64,000 nt of DNA. It comes from Alphaproteobacteria bacterium (lineage in GTDB: Bacteria; Pseudomonadota; Alphaproteobacteria; Bin95). This document shows positions 29,410 to 38,598 of this stretch, in pieces. Below the pieces are notes generated by a model, which saw nothing but the letters and a program-made list of their open reading frames with translations, was not told where the DNA came from and searched no databases. The DNA lies in NCBI GenBank assembly GCA_963665325.3, contig CAXXWS020000003.1:448001-512000 (forward strand), written 5' to 3'. The number at the start of each line of letters is the position of its first letter. Positions within the stretch are counted from its first letter, which is position 1. Both the position numbers and the translations under genes were made by a program.

Positions 29410-32400
29410 CTACTTCCGGGTCAGGGAAAACTCGATGCGGCGGTTGCGTCGGAAAGCCTCTCTGGTATCGGCCGGGTCCAGCGGATGGAACTCGCCAAAT
29501 CCGGTGGCGGCAAGCCGCTCGGCGGGAACGCCGGCCTCGACCAGCAGCTTGACCACCGCAATCGCCCGCGCGACCGACAGCTCCCAATTGGTCTTATAGC
29601 GGGATCTGTCGCGAAGCCGCTGCCGGTCGGTGTGGCCGTCCACGCGCAGCACCCAGTCAAGGTCTTGGGGGATGCGGGCCGCCACATCGGTCAAGGCGCT
29701 GCCGATCCGGCGCACGCGTTCCTTGCCACTCCCGTCCAGATCCGCGGAGCCGCTCAGGAACAGCACCTCGGCCGGCAGGTAGAAGCGGTCGTCTTCGGTC
29801 CGCACCAATTGTTGGCCCGCCAGCGCCTCGCGCAGCTTGCCGACGAACTCCGAGCGGAAGCGGCGCATCTCGTCGATCTTGCGCACAAGCGCGCTGTTGA
29901 GCCGGGCATCCAGAACCAGCGTCTCGGCTCCCTCCGCCTTCGCCTCCGAAGCTTCCAGCGCCGCGTTGAGCCGCTTCACCTGCTCCCTGAGCGCCTGGAT
30001 ATTGGCGGCCAGCCGCGCGACCTGGGCTTGCGCCAGCCTCGATTCGGCCGCCGCCTTCTCGGCCTGCGTCCTCAGATACGCCAATCGGTCGACCTGTTCG
30101 GCCTTCTCTGCTTCGAGCTTCTCCCTCGCTGCGGCAAGCGCCCGGTGGAGCGCTTCCAGCCGCTCGATCTCGGCGATCTGCTCGTCGATCCGCTGGCGCA
30201 GCGAAGCAATGCGGTCCTCGCTGCCGCTTTCGATGGCGTCGAGATCGGCCAATTGGTCCCTGAGGCGGGTGTTCTCGACCGCGAGCCGAACGATACGCGC
30301 TTCCGCATCGTCATAAATGCTTCTCGGCACCGTCTCCGCAGTATCGACCTCGCCGACCCCTGCGACCGTCCGTCTCAACTGCAACTCTTCGCCTTGCCGC
30401 GACAGCTCCTCGCGGGCTTCGGCAAGGCGTCGGCGCGCCTGTTCGAGCTGCTCCCTGAGCCGGGCGGTCTCCGCCAGCGCCGCTTCCCGGCGGCCTTCCG
30501 CAAGCCGCTGTTCCGCCTCGCGTTCACCGGCTGCTGCGGCCAGCGCTGCCTCAAGCCGGGCGGTTTCGTCCCGCCGCGCATCGCGTTCGGTCTCGGCCGC
30601 GCCCAGCCGCTCCGCAAGGGAGGCCGCCCGGGCCTGCGCCGCGGCCAGCGCTTCGCGAAGCCTGACAGCCTCCGCCAGCTGCGCATCGCGCTCGGCCTCG
30701 GCGCTTTCGAGGAGCCGGGCGCGAGCGGCGGCCTGCGCCCTCGCTTCCGCCAAAGCCTTCTGTAGCGCCGCAAGCTGCTCGTTCGCCGCGTCCTCGAACT
30801 GGGCGGTCGCCGACTCCAGCTGCCTGATTTCTTCCCGCCCGGCAGCCTGGCCGGCCTCGGCCTTCTTCAGGCTTTCGGCGAGGGTGACGGCCTTCGTTTC
30901 CGCCGCCGCCAGTGCTTCGGTCAACGCGTCGATCTTCTGTTGCCGGGCAAGGCGGGCAATTTCCATATCGACGAGCTGGCTCGCTAGGGTGTCGGTTTCC
31001 TTCTTCGCCGCCGCCAGCGCAGCTTCCAGGTTGGCGATAGTCGTGCGGGCGGTTTCCGCTTCCTCGGCGCGCGTCCGCCTGAGGCCCGCGATCTCCTGAT
31101 CGCCGGCAGTCAGCCCGGCTTCGGCTTCGGCGAGGAGACCGACGAGGCCCTCCGCCCTTGCCTCGGCCGCCGCAAGCGCCTGTTCCAACGCCGCGATGCG
31201 CGATACCGCCGTCTCGGACTCCTCTTCCAGCACCCGTTTGAGGCGAGCAATTTCATCCACGCCGGTCGCTCGCCGGCTCTCCGTGTCGGCCAATTGCGCG
31301 GAGAGGGACGCAGCTTCCGTCCTCGCTTCGGAAAGCGACCGCTCCAGCGATGCCACCGTTCCGGTTTCCGCCTCCAGCGCCTGCCGCAGCCGGGCGATGT
31401 CCTCCGCCCCTGCAACTCTCCGGGTCTCGGTGTCGCCGAGCTGTGTGGAGAGGGACGCAACTTCCGTCCTCGCTTCGGCCAGCGATCGCTCCAGCGATGC
31501 CGTCCTCGCGGTTTCCGCCTCAAGCGCCTGTTTGAGCCTGGCGATTTCGTCCACCGCGGCAGCCCGCCGGCTTTCCGTGTCGCCGAGCCGGGCCGAGAGG
31601 GAGGCCGCGTTCTTCCGTTCCTCCTCCAGTGTCCGCTCCAGCGTTGCCATGTCCGAGCGCGCGGTCTCAGCCTCTGCGGTCCGAGCGGCTTCCAGACGGG
31701 CGATTTCGTCCCGTCCCGCGACCCGCCGGACCTCGGTGTCGGCGAGCTCTGCGGCAAGGCGGTCGATTTCCTCCAATGCCCCGGCCAGAGCCTGCTCCAG
31801 GGTCGCAATTCGGGTCCGCGCCGCCTCCGCTTCCCCGGCGCGCGCGGCTTCCAGCCGGGCAACTTCGTCCTGCCCTGCAAGGCGTCGGCCCTCGACATCG
31901 GCAAGCCGCGCCGCCAGACGCCCGATCTCGTCCTGTGCGCCGGCCAGAACCTGTTCGAGCGCCGCAATCCGCGCACGCGCTGACTCGGCTTCCCCGGCGC
32001 GCGCCGTCTCCAACTGCCCGATCTGCACCCGTTTCGCAGCCCGGTCGGCTTCCACTTCCGCCAGACGCGCCGAAAGACGCTCGATTTCCAACTGTGCGGC
32101 CGCAATCTCCGAGCGCGCCGTCTCCGCCTCCGAGGCCCGGCCCGCCTCGACCTGCTTCAGCCGCTCGGCGAGGCGCCCGATTTCCGTCTCCGCCGCCGCC
32201 AGCGCCCGCTCCAGCGCCGCGATGTCCGACTGCGCCGCGGCGGCTTCCCCGGCGCGCGCGGCCGCCAGCCGGGCGATTTCCTCCTGCCCGGCCGTCCGCG
32301 CCGCCTCGGTTTCCGACAGCCGCGCCGAGAGGCGCCCGATCTCGATTTCGGCCGCTGCCAGCGCATTCTTGAGCGCGGTGACATCGGCTTCCGCCGCTTC

Positions 32401-33330
32401 GGTCTTGTCCGCCAGCGCCGTCTTGAGCCGCGCTGCCTCGTCATTCGCCTGGGCGAGCGCGCGACGGGCTTCGCCCAGCGCTGCCTTGAGTCGCTCGGCC
32501 TCGGCGGCCTGAGCATCGCCCTCGGTCCTGAGGGCGGCCAAATCTTCCTCCAGCGCCGCGCGCGCTGCCAGGAGGCCGCGAATCATCCGGTTGAGTTCGG
32601 TCAGCTTCTCCGCCTGTGCAGCGACATCCTCCCGGCTCGCCAGCAACGCGGTGTCGAGACGCGCGATCTCCTCGGCTCTATCCGCCGATTCCACCTGCAC
32701 CGTCTCGATCCGGGCCCTGAGGGTCTTCGCCTCCCGGTCACGCTCGGCAAGGCGCTCGAGATTTGCGGCGAGCAGGCGTTGCGCTTCGGCGAGCGCCTTG
32801 TCGGCGTCGCTTTTCTGCTGGCGCGATTCGGAGAGCGCGGCTTCCAGCGCGTCCCGGCTGCGCTGGAGCGCGACCAGGTTGCGCTCCAGGCGTTCGATCT
32901 CGCTCGCCTGGACCTGCACCCTGTCCCGGTCGGCGGCGGCACTGTCCGTCAGGCGGGCGAAGTCCTCTCGCAGCAGTTCGACCGTGCCGGCGGCCTGCTC
33001 CGCCTCCGCTGTCAGCACCTCCAGTCGGCCGGCATAGTCGTCCCGCGCATCGGAGGTGATGCGCAGCTCGGCTGTCAGCGCCTCCAGGTCTTCACGCAGG
33101 TCGGCATTGGTCGTCTGTTCGAGTGCCAGCATCTCGGCAAGCTCGGCGAGCTCGCGGTTGAGCCTCGTCAGCGCTGCATCGCGTCCGGAGAGTGCCTCGT
33201 TCAGGAAGAACTGCGCCAGCACGAAGACCATGACGAGGAAGACGACGACCATCAGCAGGCTCGCCAGCGCATCCACGAAGCCCGGCCAGGTGTTGATGTC
33301 CCGTCTGCGTCTGCTCGTCCTGCCCGCCAT
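29410..33330 (-). CDS. MotB/OmpA-type peptidoglycan-binding membrane protein with a very long coiled coil
   Basis: N-terminal WPGFVDAL TM helix with conserved Asp; C-terminal OmpA_C domain (VDGHTD, NWELSVARA, RRNRRIEF); Ala/Glu/Arg heptads in between. Confidence 0.88.
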   Translation of the reverse strand: MAGRTSRRRRDINTWPGFVDALASLLMVVVFLVMVFVLAQFFLNEALSGRDAALTRLNRELAELAEMLALEQTTNADLREDLEALTAELRITSDARDDYAGRLEVLTAEAEQAAGTVELLREDFARLTDSAAADRDRVQVQASEIERLERNLVALQRSRDALEAALSESRQQKSDADKALAEAQRLLAANLERLAERDREAKTLRARIETVQVESADRAEEIARLDTALLASREDVAAQAEKLTELNRMIRGLLAARAALEEDLAALRTEGDAQAAEAERLKAALGEARRALAQANDEAARLKTALADKTEAAEADVTALKNALAAAEIEIGRLSARLSETEAARTAGQEEIARLAAARAGEAAAAQSDIAALERALAAAETEIGRLAERLKQVEAGRASEAETARSEIAAAQLEIERLSARLAEVEADRAAKRVQIGQLETARAGEAESARARIAALEQVLAGAQDEIGRLAARLADVEGRRLAGQDEVARLEAARAGEAEAARTRIATLEQALAGALEEIDRLAAELADTEVRRVAGRDEIARLEAARTAEAETARSDMATLERTLEEERKNAASLSARLGDTESRRAAAVDEIARLKQALEAETARTASLERSLAEARTEVASLSTQLGDTETRRVAGAEDIARLRQALEAETGTVASLERSLSEARTEAASLSAQLADTESRRATGVDEIARLKRVLEEESETAVSRIAALEQALAAAEARAEGLVGLLAEAEAGLTAGDQEIAGLRRTRAEEAETARTTIANLEAALAAAKKETDTLASQLVDMEIARLARQQKIDALTEALAAAETKAVTLAESLKKAEAGQAAGREEIRQLESATAQFEDAANEQLAALQKALAEARAQAAARARLLESAEAERDAQLAEAVRLREALAAAQARAASLAERLGAAETERDARRDETARLEAALAAAAGEREAEQRLAEGRREAALAETARLREQLEQARRRLAEAREELSRQGEELQLRRTVAGVGEVDTAETVPRSIYDDAEARIVRLAVENTRLRDQLADLDAIESGSEDRIASLRQRIDEQIAEIERLEALHRALAAAREKLEAEKAEQVDRLAYLRTQAEKAAAESRLAQAQVARLAANIQALREQVKRLNAALEASEAKAEGAETLVLDARLNSALVRKIDEMRRFRSEFVGKLREALAGQQLVRTEDDRFYLPAEVLFLSGSADLDGSGKERVRRIGSALTDVAARIPQDLDWVLRVDGHTDRQRLRDRSRYKTNWELSVARAIAVVKLLVEAGVPAERLAATGFGEFHPLDPADTREAFRRNRRIEFSLTRK
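31200..32350 (-). repeat. Internal 147-bp (49 aa) and 159-bp (53 aa) tandem repeats in the MotB-like gene
   Basis: GAGAGGGACGCA at 31301 and 31448 (147 apart); TTCCCCGGCGCGCGC at 31831 and 31990 (159 apart). Confidence 0.85.
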
Positions 33331-33360
33331 GTCGGTGCCGGTTGTCGGGAGCCTCCCGGA

Positions 33361-34137
33361 TCAGAGGCCCAGGATATCGCGCATGGAGTAGAGGCCCGGC
33401 GGCTTGCCCGCCGACCAGCGCACCGCCCGAAGCGCGCCGCGCGCAAAGAGCGAGCGGTCCATGCAGCGGTGCGTGAATTCGAGCCGCTCGCCCTCGCTCA
33501 CGAACATCACCGTGTGCTCGCCCACCACATTGCCGCCGCGCAGCGTCGCAAAGCCGATATCGCCGTCCCGCCGCGCGCCGGTATGGCCCTCGCGGCTCCA
33601 TTGCGCGACCCCGTCCAGATCGACGCCGCGCCCCGCTGCCGCAGCCCGGCCGAGGCCGACCGCCGTGCCGGACGGCGCATCGACCTTGTGCTTGTGGTGA
33701 ATCTCCATGATCTCGATGTCGTACTCGTCACCCAGCATCGCGGCGACGCGCTCGACCGTGGCGAACAGCGCGTTCACGGTGACGCTCATATTGGGCGCAT
33801 AGACGATGGGCAGGTTTTCCGCCGCCTTCGCGAGCGCCGCCTCCTGCCCGGCGTCGAGGCCGGTGGTGCCGATGACATGGCGCGTGCCGGCCGCGGCTGC
33901 CATCGCGGCATGCTCGACTGTCGGGCCGGGCAGGGTGAATTCGATCGCTGCGTCGGCAGCCTCGAAGACCGCCGCCGCGTCACCGCCTACGGAGACGCCG
34001 CCGCCGAGGTCGCGCCCGATGGCCGGATGGCCCGGCACCTCGCAGGCTGCAGCAAGCTCCAGATCGTCCGCCGACTGCACGAGTTCCACCAGCAGTCCGC
34101 CCATCCGTCCGCCGGCTCCGATGATGCCAATCCGCAT
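33361..34137 (-). CDS. dapB: 4-hydroxy-tetrahydrodipicolinate reductase
   Basis: GAGGRMG, VIGTTG and EIHHKHKVDAPSGTA motifs. Confidence 0.96.
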   Translation of the reverse strand: MRIGIIGAGGRMGGLLVELVQSADDLELAAACEVPGHPAIGRDLGGGVSVGGDAAAVFEAADAAIEFTLPGPTVEHAAMAAAAGTRHVIGTTGLDAGQEAALAKAAENLPIVYAPNMSVTVNALFATVERVAAMLGDEYDIEIMEIHHKHKVDAPSGTAVGLGRAAAAGRGVDLDGVAQWSREGHTGARRDGDIGFATLRGGNVVGEHTVMFVSEGERLEFTHRCMDRSLFARGALRAVRWSAGKPPGLYSMRDILGL

Positions 34138-34194
34138 TTCCTTGCCTCCGGCTCTTGCGGCAACAGGGCTGCATGTAGCATGAAACGGCCCGAA

Positions 34195-34962
34195 ATGACC
34201 GAAACTCGTATCTATGTCCTCGGCAATGAGAAGGGCGGCACCGGTAAATCCACGGTGGCGTTCAATCTCGCCGTCGGGCTGTTGCGCGCCGGCAAATCCG
34301 TCGGCTGCATCGATCTCGATCCTCGCCAGGCGACGCTTGCGCGCCAGGTCGAGAACCGCCGCGCCTTCGCCGGGCGCACCGGAACCGCGCTGCCGGAGCC
34401 GGAGGTCGAAATCGCTGACGGGCCGGAGGCGCTGGACGGGGCGCTGGATGCGCTTTCCGGCCGCCACGATGCGGTGGTGGTCGATACGCCGGGCCGGCCG
34501 GACCCGGCGGCCCAGCGCGCCCATGCCCGTGCGGATGTGCTGATCACGCCGGTGAACGACAGCCATGTCGATCTCGACCTGATCGGGCGGCTGGACCCCG
34601 GCACGCGGTCCTCGGCGCGTCCCGGTGTCTATGCGGAGATGGTCTGGAAGCAGCGCATGGTCCGAGCGGGGTCCGGGCGCAAGGCGCTCGACTGGATCGT
34701 GATGCTGAACCGGGTGCGCCAGGTCGATTCTCACAATACGCGGGAAGTCCGGGGACTCTTGCGGGACCTTGCCAAGCGCTTCGCCTTCGAGATCGCGCCC
34801 GGCTTCGGCGAGCGCACGATCTTCCGCGAGATGTTCCCGGACGGGCTCGGGCTGATGGACCTGCGCCAGCCGGGCATCGACCGGGTGCTCTCCATGAGCC
34901 ATGTCGCAGCGCGCAACGAGGTGCGCCGGCTGCTCGACATGCTGGGCGTGCCGCCCGTCTAG
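34195..34962 (+). CDS. mipZ: Division plane positioning ATPase MipZ
   Basis: GNEKGGTGKST, TPVNDSHVDLD, GFGERTIFREMFP.GL and SHVAARNEVR motifs. Confidence 0.9.
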   Translation: MTETRIYVLGNEKGGTGKSTVAFNLAVGLLRAGKSVGCIDLDPRQATLARQVENRRAFAGRTGTALPEPEVEIADGPEALDGALDALSGRHDAVVVDTPGRPDPAAQRAHARADVLITPVNDSHVDLDLIGRLDPGTRSSARPGVYAEMVWKQRMVRAGSGRKALDWIVMLNRVRQVDSHNTREVRGLLRDLAKRFAFEIAPGFGERTIFREMFPDGLGLMDLRQPGIDRVLSMSHVAARNEVRRLLDMLGVPPV

Positions 34963-35056
34963 CCGGGGCCTTCGCGCTTGGCGCAACTGCATCCTGCTCC
35001 GCATATGCGGGTGATATCTTGCTACGATAATGCTTTCCGCGGCGGCGCAAGTTGAC

Positions 35057-36235
35057 ATGGCGGATAAACCGGAAATTCCAGAAAGCGGCAAGGCGATCGA
35101 CGCCGGCTGGCTGCAGCGGGCGCTGGCCGCCGGCGGCGCACCGGACCTCCCGGCCATCCGGAATGTCGCCGTAGAGGACATTGGCGACGGGATCGGCCTG
35201 ATGGGGGAAATCCTGCGCTGCCATGTGATCTGGGAGGAGAAAACGACGACGGCGCCCGAGAGCGTCGTCGTCAAGCTGCCTTCACAGAACCGGAAGAGCC
35301 TGCGCCTGGATCGACGCCTGTCGCTCTACAAGCGGGAATACGACTACTACCGGCATATAGGCGGACAGGCGCCGGTCCGTTCGCCGGCACTGCTGTACGG
35401 CGACTATGAGGAGGAGAGCCGGCGGTTCGTCCTGGTGCTCGAAGACCTGCGCGGCATGACCTCGTCGGACCAGATCGTCGGCGCCACCGCGGCGCAGGCA
35501 AGAAGCGTCGTAAGGGCGCTGGCGCGGCTCCACGGCTTCTATTGGAACACGACCGATCGCCCCCCGGCGTCGGAGCTCTACGACGGCTCCAGCCCCAAAT
35601 CGATCAAACTCATGCAACTCGCTTACCTGGCGAACCTTGCGCCGGCTCTCGACCGCCTTGGAGGCCTCTTCACCGGTGAAATGCGGCGGCTTGCCAGAGC
35701 CTATTGCCCGCTGCTGGCCGAACCTCCCAGCGGGATTGCTGCGCCCATGACTGTCATTCACGGCGATGTCCGCCTCGACAACATGTTTTTCGATTCCAGC
35801 GGCGGGGACGATGTCGCCCTGGTCGACTGGCAGGCCTGCTGCGTCGGCTACGGACTCTACGATGTCGCCTATTTTCTCGGCGGAAGCGTCCCTGTCGAAA
35901 TTCGCCGTGAAATCGAGCGAGAGGCCCTCAGCGAGTATCGGGACATCGTCTGTGGCATGGGCGTGCGCGACTTTGCGTTCGAGGACTGCTGGTGGCTCTA
36001 TCGGCAGAGCGTGCTCTCGCTCTTGCTGCCGATGGTTGTCGTATGCGGGGGACTGGACGTCGGTGACGACCGGACACGGCGATTGATGACAATCGCCGCG
36101 CAGCGAACCCTCGCCGCCATCGAGGACCTCAACGCCGCCGAATTACTGCCGGCGCGCCGGCCGTTCTTCAGCGTCGCGAACGGCGTTTCCGCTCTCTTCG
36201 GGGCCGCCTACCGGGTCCGCCGGGCGTTGCGCTAG
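35057..36235 (+). CDS. Aminoglycoside/ecdysteroid kinase-like phosphotransferase
   Basis: VVVK, LVLEDL, IHGDVRLDNMFF and VDWQ motifs. Confidence 0.85.
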   Translation: MADKPEIPESGKAIDAGWLQRALAAGGAPDLPAIRNVAVEDIGDGIGLMGEILRCHVIWEEKTTTAPESVVVKLPSQNRKSLRLDRRLSLYKREYDYYRHIGGQAPVRSPALLYGDYEEESRRFVLVLEDLRGMTSSDQIVGATAAQARSVVRALARLHGFYWNTTDRPPASELYDGSSPKSIKLMQLAYLANLAPALDRLGGLFTGEMRRLARAYCPLLAEPPSGIAAPMTVIHGDVRLDNMFFDSSGGDDVALVDWQACCVGYGLYDVAYFLGGSVPVEIRREIEREALSEYRDIVCGMGVRDFAFEDCWWLYRQSVLSLLLPMVVVCGGLDVGDDRTRRLMTIAAQRTLAAIEDLNAAELLPARRPFFSVANGVSALFGAAYRVRRALR

Positions 36236-37128
36236 GCGGAAGTTCCTGCGCCGTCGCGGTGCCAGGCCTCCCTGTCGAAAGCCACATGGTCGCCGAAGAA
36301 ATGGACTGCCCGGTCGAGATGCCGGATGTCCGAGGCGGAATAGGCCCGGCAAGGGCCGTCGAGCTTCTCCGCCGTCTCGCGCCCGTCCACCCAAGGCTCG
36401 GCAGATTGCAGCGTGCTCTGACGCTGCACCACATCCCAGATGTAGTAGTGGTGCGGGATGACGACATGGGGCCTGAGCGTGTCGATGATGTGCTCGACCA
36501 TGGCAAAGCCCATGACATGCTGCGAGCCGTCCACGGGCAGGAGCGCGATGTCTATGCGCCCGAGCGCCTCCCAGACCTCAGGCGGCGGGTTGTGTCGGTT
36601 GTCGCCCCAATGGAGGATGCGCAGCCCGCCGGTCTCGACCGTAAGGAGGCAATTATCCCAGGAACGCGGATTATCCGGCGGCTCGATGTTCGCGCCGCCG
36701 AACGCTGCATGGATTTTCTTGAAGTCGTAGAGCGCCGCACTCGAGTCCGTCGCGTGCTTGTCGGCAATGCCGCGAATGGCGACATCGGCGAACTCGTAGC
36801 GGCCGATGGGCCTGTCGAGCAGCACGTGCGCATCCAGCCGGTGCAGCGCGTCGTGGTCGAAATGCGCATGGGTGGACGCGCCGATGTCGACGGCCGTCAC
36901 CGGGAAATCGTGGAAATACCAGTCCCAATGGCGCGAGGGGTGGTTGCGCCAGGGATCGACCATGACGCTCACCCCCTTGGGCGAGGTGATCCGGAAGGCC
37001 GAACTGCCGAAATAGGCGATCTCGACCGGCCCCTCGCCCGCCGGCAACCGGTCGGCCTGCAGCTCCATCATCCGGTTGTGGTTGCTGGTCATCTGCCAGG
37101 CCGTCAGGCCCGTGTCTATCGCTGTCAT
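36232..37128 (-). CDS. MBL-fold metallo-hydrolase
   Basis: VDPW, THAHFDHDA, HWGDN and IPHHY motifs. Confidence 0.85.
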   Translation of the reverse strand: MTAIDTGLTAWQMTSNHNRMMELQADRLPAGEGPVEIAYFGSSAFRITSPKGVSVMVDPWRNHPSRHWDWYFHDFPVTAVDIGASTHAHFDHDALHRLDAHVLLDRPIGRYEFADVAIRGIADKHATDSSAALYDFKKIHAAFGGANIEPPDNPRSWDNCLLTVETGGLRILHWGDNRHNPPPEVWEALGRIDIALLPVDGSQHVMGFAMVEHIIDTLRPHVVIPHHYYIWDVVQRQSTLQSAEPWVDGRETAEKLDGPCRAYSASDIRHLDRAVHFFGDHVAFDREAWHRDGAGTSA

Positions 37129-37164
37129 CGTCTGTCCATTGCTGGGGAATCGGGCGCCGCCCGC

Positions 37165-38190
37165 TCAGGCGTTGCCGCGGTCTTCACGCCACAGGCCGAG
37201 CTTTTCCTGGACGACGCGGTCGGAGAAGCTGAACAGCACCGCATCGGTCCCGGCAGTGTGCCGCACCGCCTGCCAGCTCGGCACGACGAAAATGTCGCGC
37301 GGTCCCCATGAGAAGACCGTCTCTGCGCCGATGCGGGTTTCGCCGCTGCCCTCGACCACCGCGAAGACCGAAGCGTCCGTCGCGCGGTAGCTTGCGGTCT
37401 CGAACCCGGCGGGAAGCAATTGCAGATGCGCGGCGATGGTGGGCATGGCGTAGCTGCCGTCCACCGGGTTGGCATAGCGAAGCTTCAGGCCGTGGCAGGG
37501 GTCCCAGGCATCGCGCCGGCGCATCGCCTCCAGCGCCTCGCGCGAGCGGGCGTATGGGTAGTTGAACACCGGCGAGGCCAGAGAGCCGGGCTCCTGGTCT
37601 ACCGGCAGCAGACCCTGACCGTAGCGTGCGAGGCTGTCGCCCTCGGGACGCGAAAGCGGTTGGCGGCTTTCTCCGAGCCGCTCCGCGAAGGAGGCGTCGA
37701 AGAACTGCACCATCGGAATGTCCAGACCGTCGAGCCAGATCATCGGGCGGTCGGAGTCGTTGCCGTGGTCGTGCCAGGTCCAGTGCGGGGTGATGACGAA
37801 ATCGCCCTCCGCCATGGTCATGCGTTCGCCGTCCACCGCCGTGTAGGCGCCTTCGCCCTCGACCACGAAGCGTAGCGCCGACTGGCTGTGGCGGTGGGCG
37901 GGTGCGACCTCGCCGGGCAACACCAATTGCAGGCCGGCATAGAGCGAGGTAGTGATGCGCGAGGTGCCCCGGAGGCCCGGATTCTCCAGCACCAGAACCC
38001 GGCGCTCGGCCTCCTCGGCGCTGATGATGCCGCCGGACTGCATGACAGGGTCGCGCACCTCGTCCCAACGCCAGAGTGCGGGACGGCAGGCGCTGACTGG
38101 CTCGGGCGTAATCAGGCCGGCCATGACCTCCCAGAGCGGCGCCAGGTTCCGCGCCCCGATCTCCTCGTAGAACGCCGCCCTGTCCGTCAT
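37165..38190 (-). CDS. gtdA: Gentisate 1,2-dioxygenase
   Basis: AERRVLVLENPG, APAHRHSQSALRF, WHDHGN and WLDGLD motifs. Confidence 0.93.
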   Translation of the reverse strand: MTDRAAFYEEIGARNLAPLWEVMAGLITPEPVSACRPALWRWDEVRDPVMQSGGIISAEEAERRVLVLENPGLRGTSRITTSLYAGLQLVLPGEVAPAHRHSQSALRFVVEGEGAYTAVDGERMTMAEGDFVITPHWTWHDHGNDSDRPMIWLDGLDIPMVQFFDASFAERLGESRQPLSRPEGDSLARYGQGLLPVDQEPGSLASPVFNYPYARSREALEAMRRRDAWDPCHGLKLRYANPVDGSYAMPTIAAHLQLLPAGFETASYRATDASVFAVVEGSGETRIGAETVFSWGPRDIFVVPSWQAVRHTAGTDAVLFSFSDRVVQEKLGLWREDRGNA

Positions 38191-38598
38191 CGCCGCCTCC
38201 GCCGCAATCGCCGCGCCACCATAGCCTGCGCGGCGGCGATTCCGAAGGATGCCTTCCGGGCACAGCAACCCCCCTGGAAAAAGGAAATTGCAATTGACCG
38301 CTGCACCGGGGACGCCTATTGACGAATCGTCAGACCCATTTGGCCAGTATGCATTATCGGCCTGGTCGATTGCCGGACGGCGCAGTATGCATTCCCGTTC
38401 GGCCGGCGTGCGAACGGACGCCGCGAGAAGGGAGACAATCGCGTGTCTCGAACGCCCCGCGGACTCAGGACCGAAAGCGCGTACAGCCGTTCCCGAGCCG
38501 GAAGGCCAGCTGCCGGCGCCGCGACGGGAGTCATTATCCGGAATTTTGCCGGCACAATGTCATCGATGTCCACAGGACCAGTCGAGTTGGGAGGAATC

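Noticed and set aside
29410-33330. Zorya defence system (ZorB)
   Set aside because: No zorA/C/D/E neighbours; in Zorya the long tail is on ZorA; the context is housekeeping and GC content is native.
32779-35274. Long N-terminal extensions of dapB and mipZ in the ORF track
   Set aside because: They overlap the divergent partner gene; family motifs begin at 34137 (-) and ~34195 (+).
38330-38560. Sigma54 promoter for amt
   Set aside because: Candidate GG/GC pairs I inspected lack the required GG-N10-GC spacing with TGGCAC/TTGC context.
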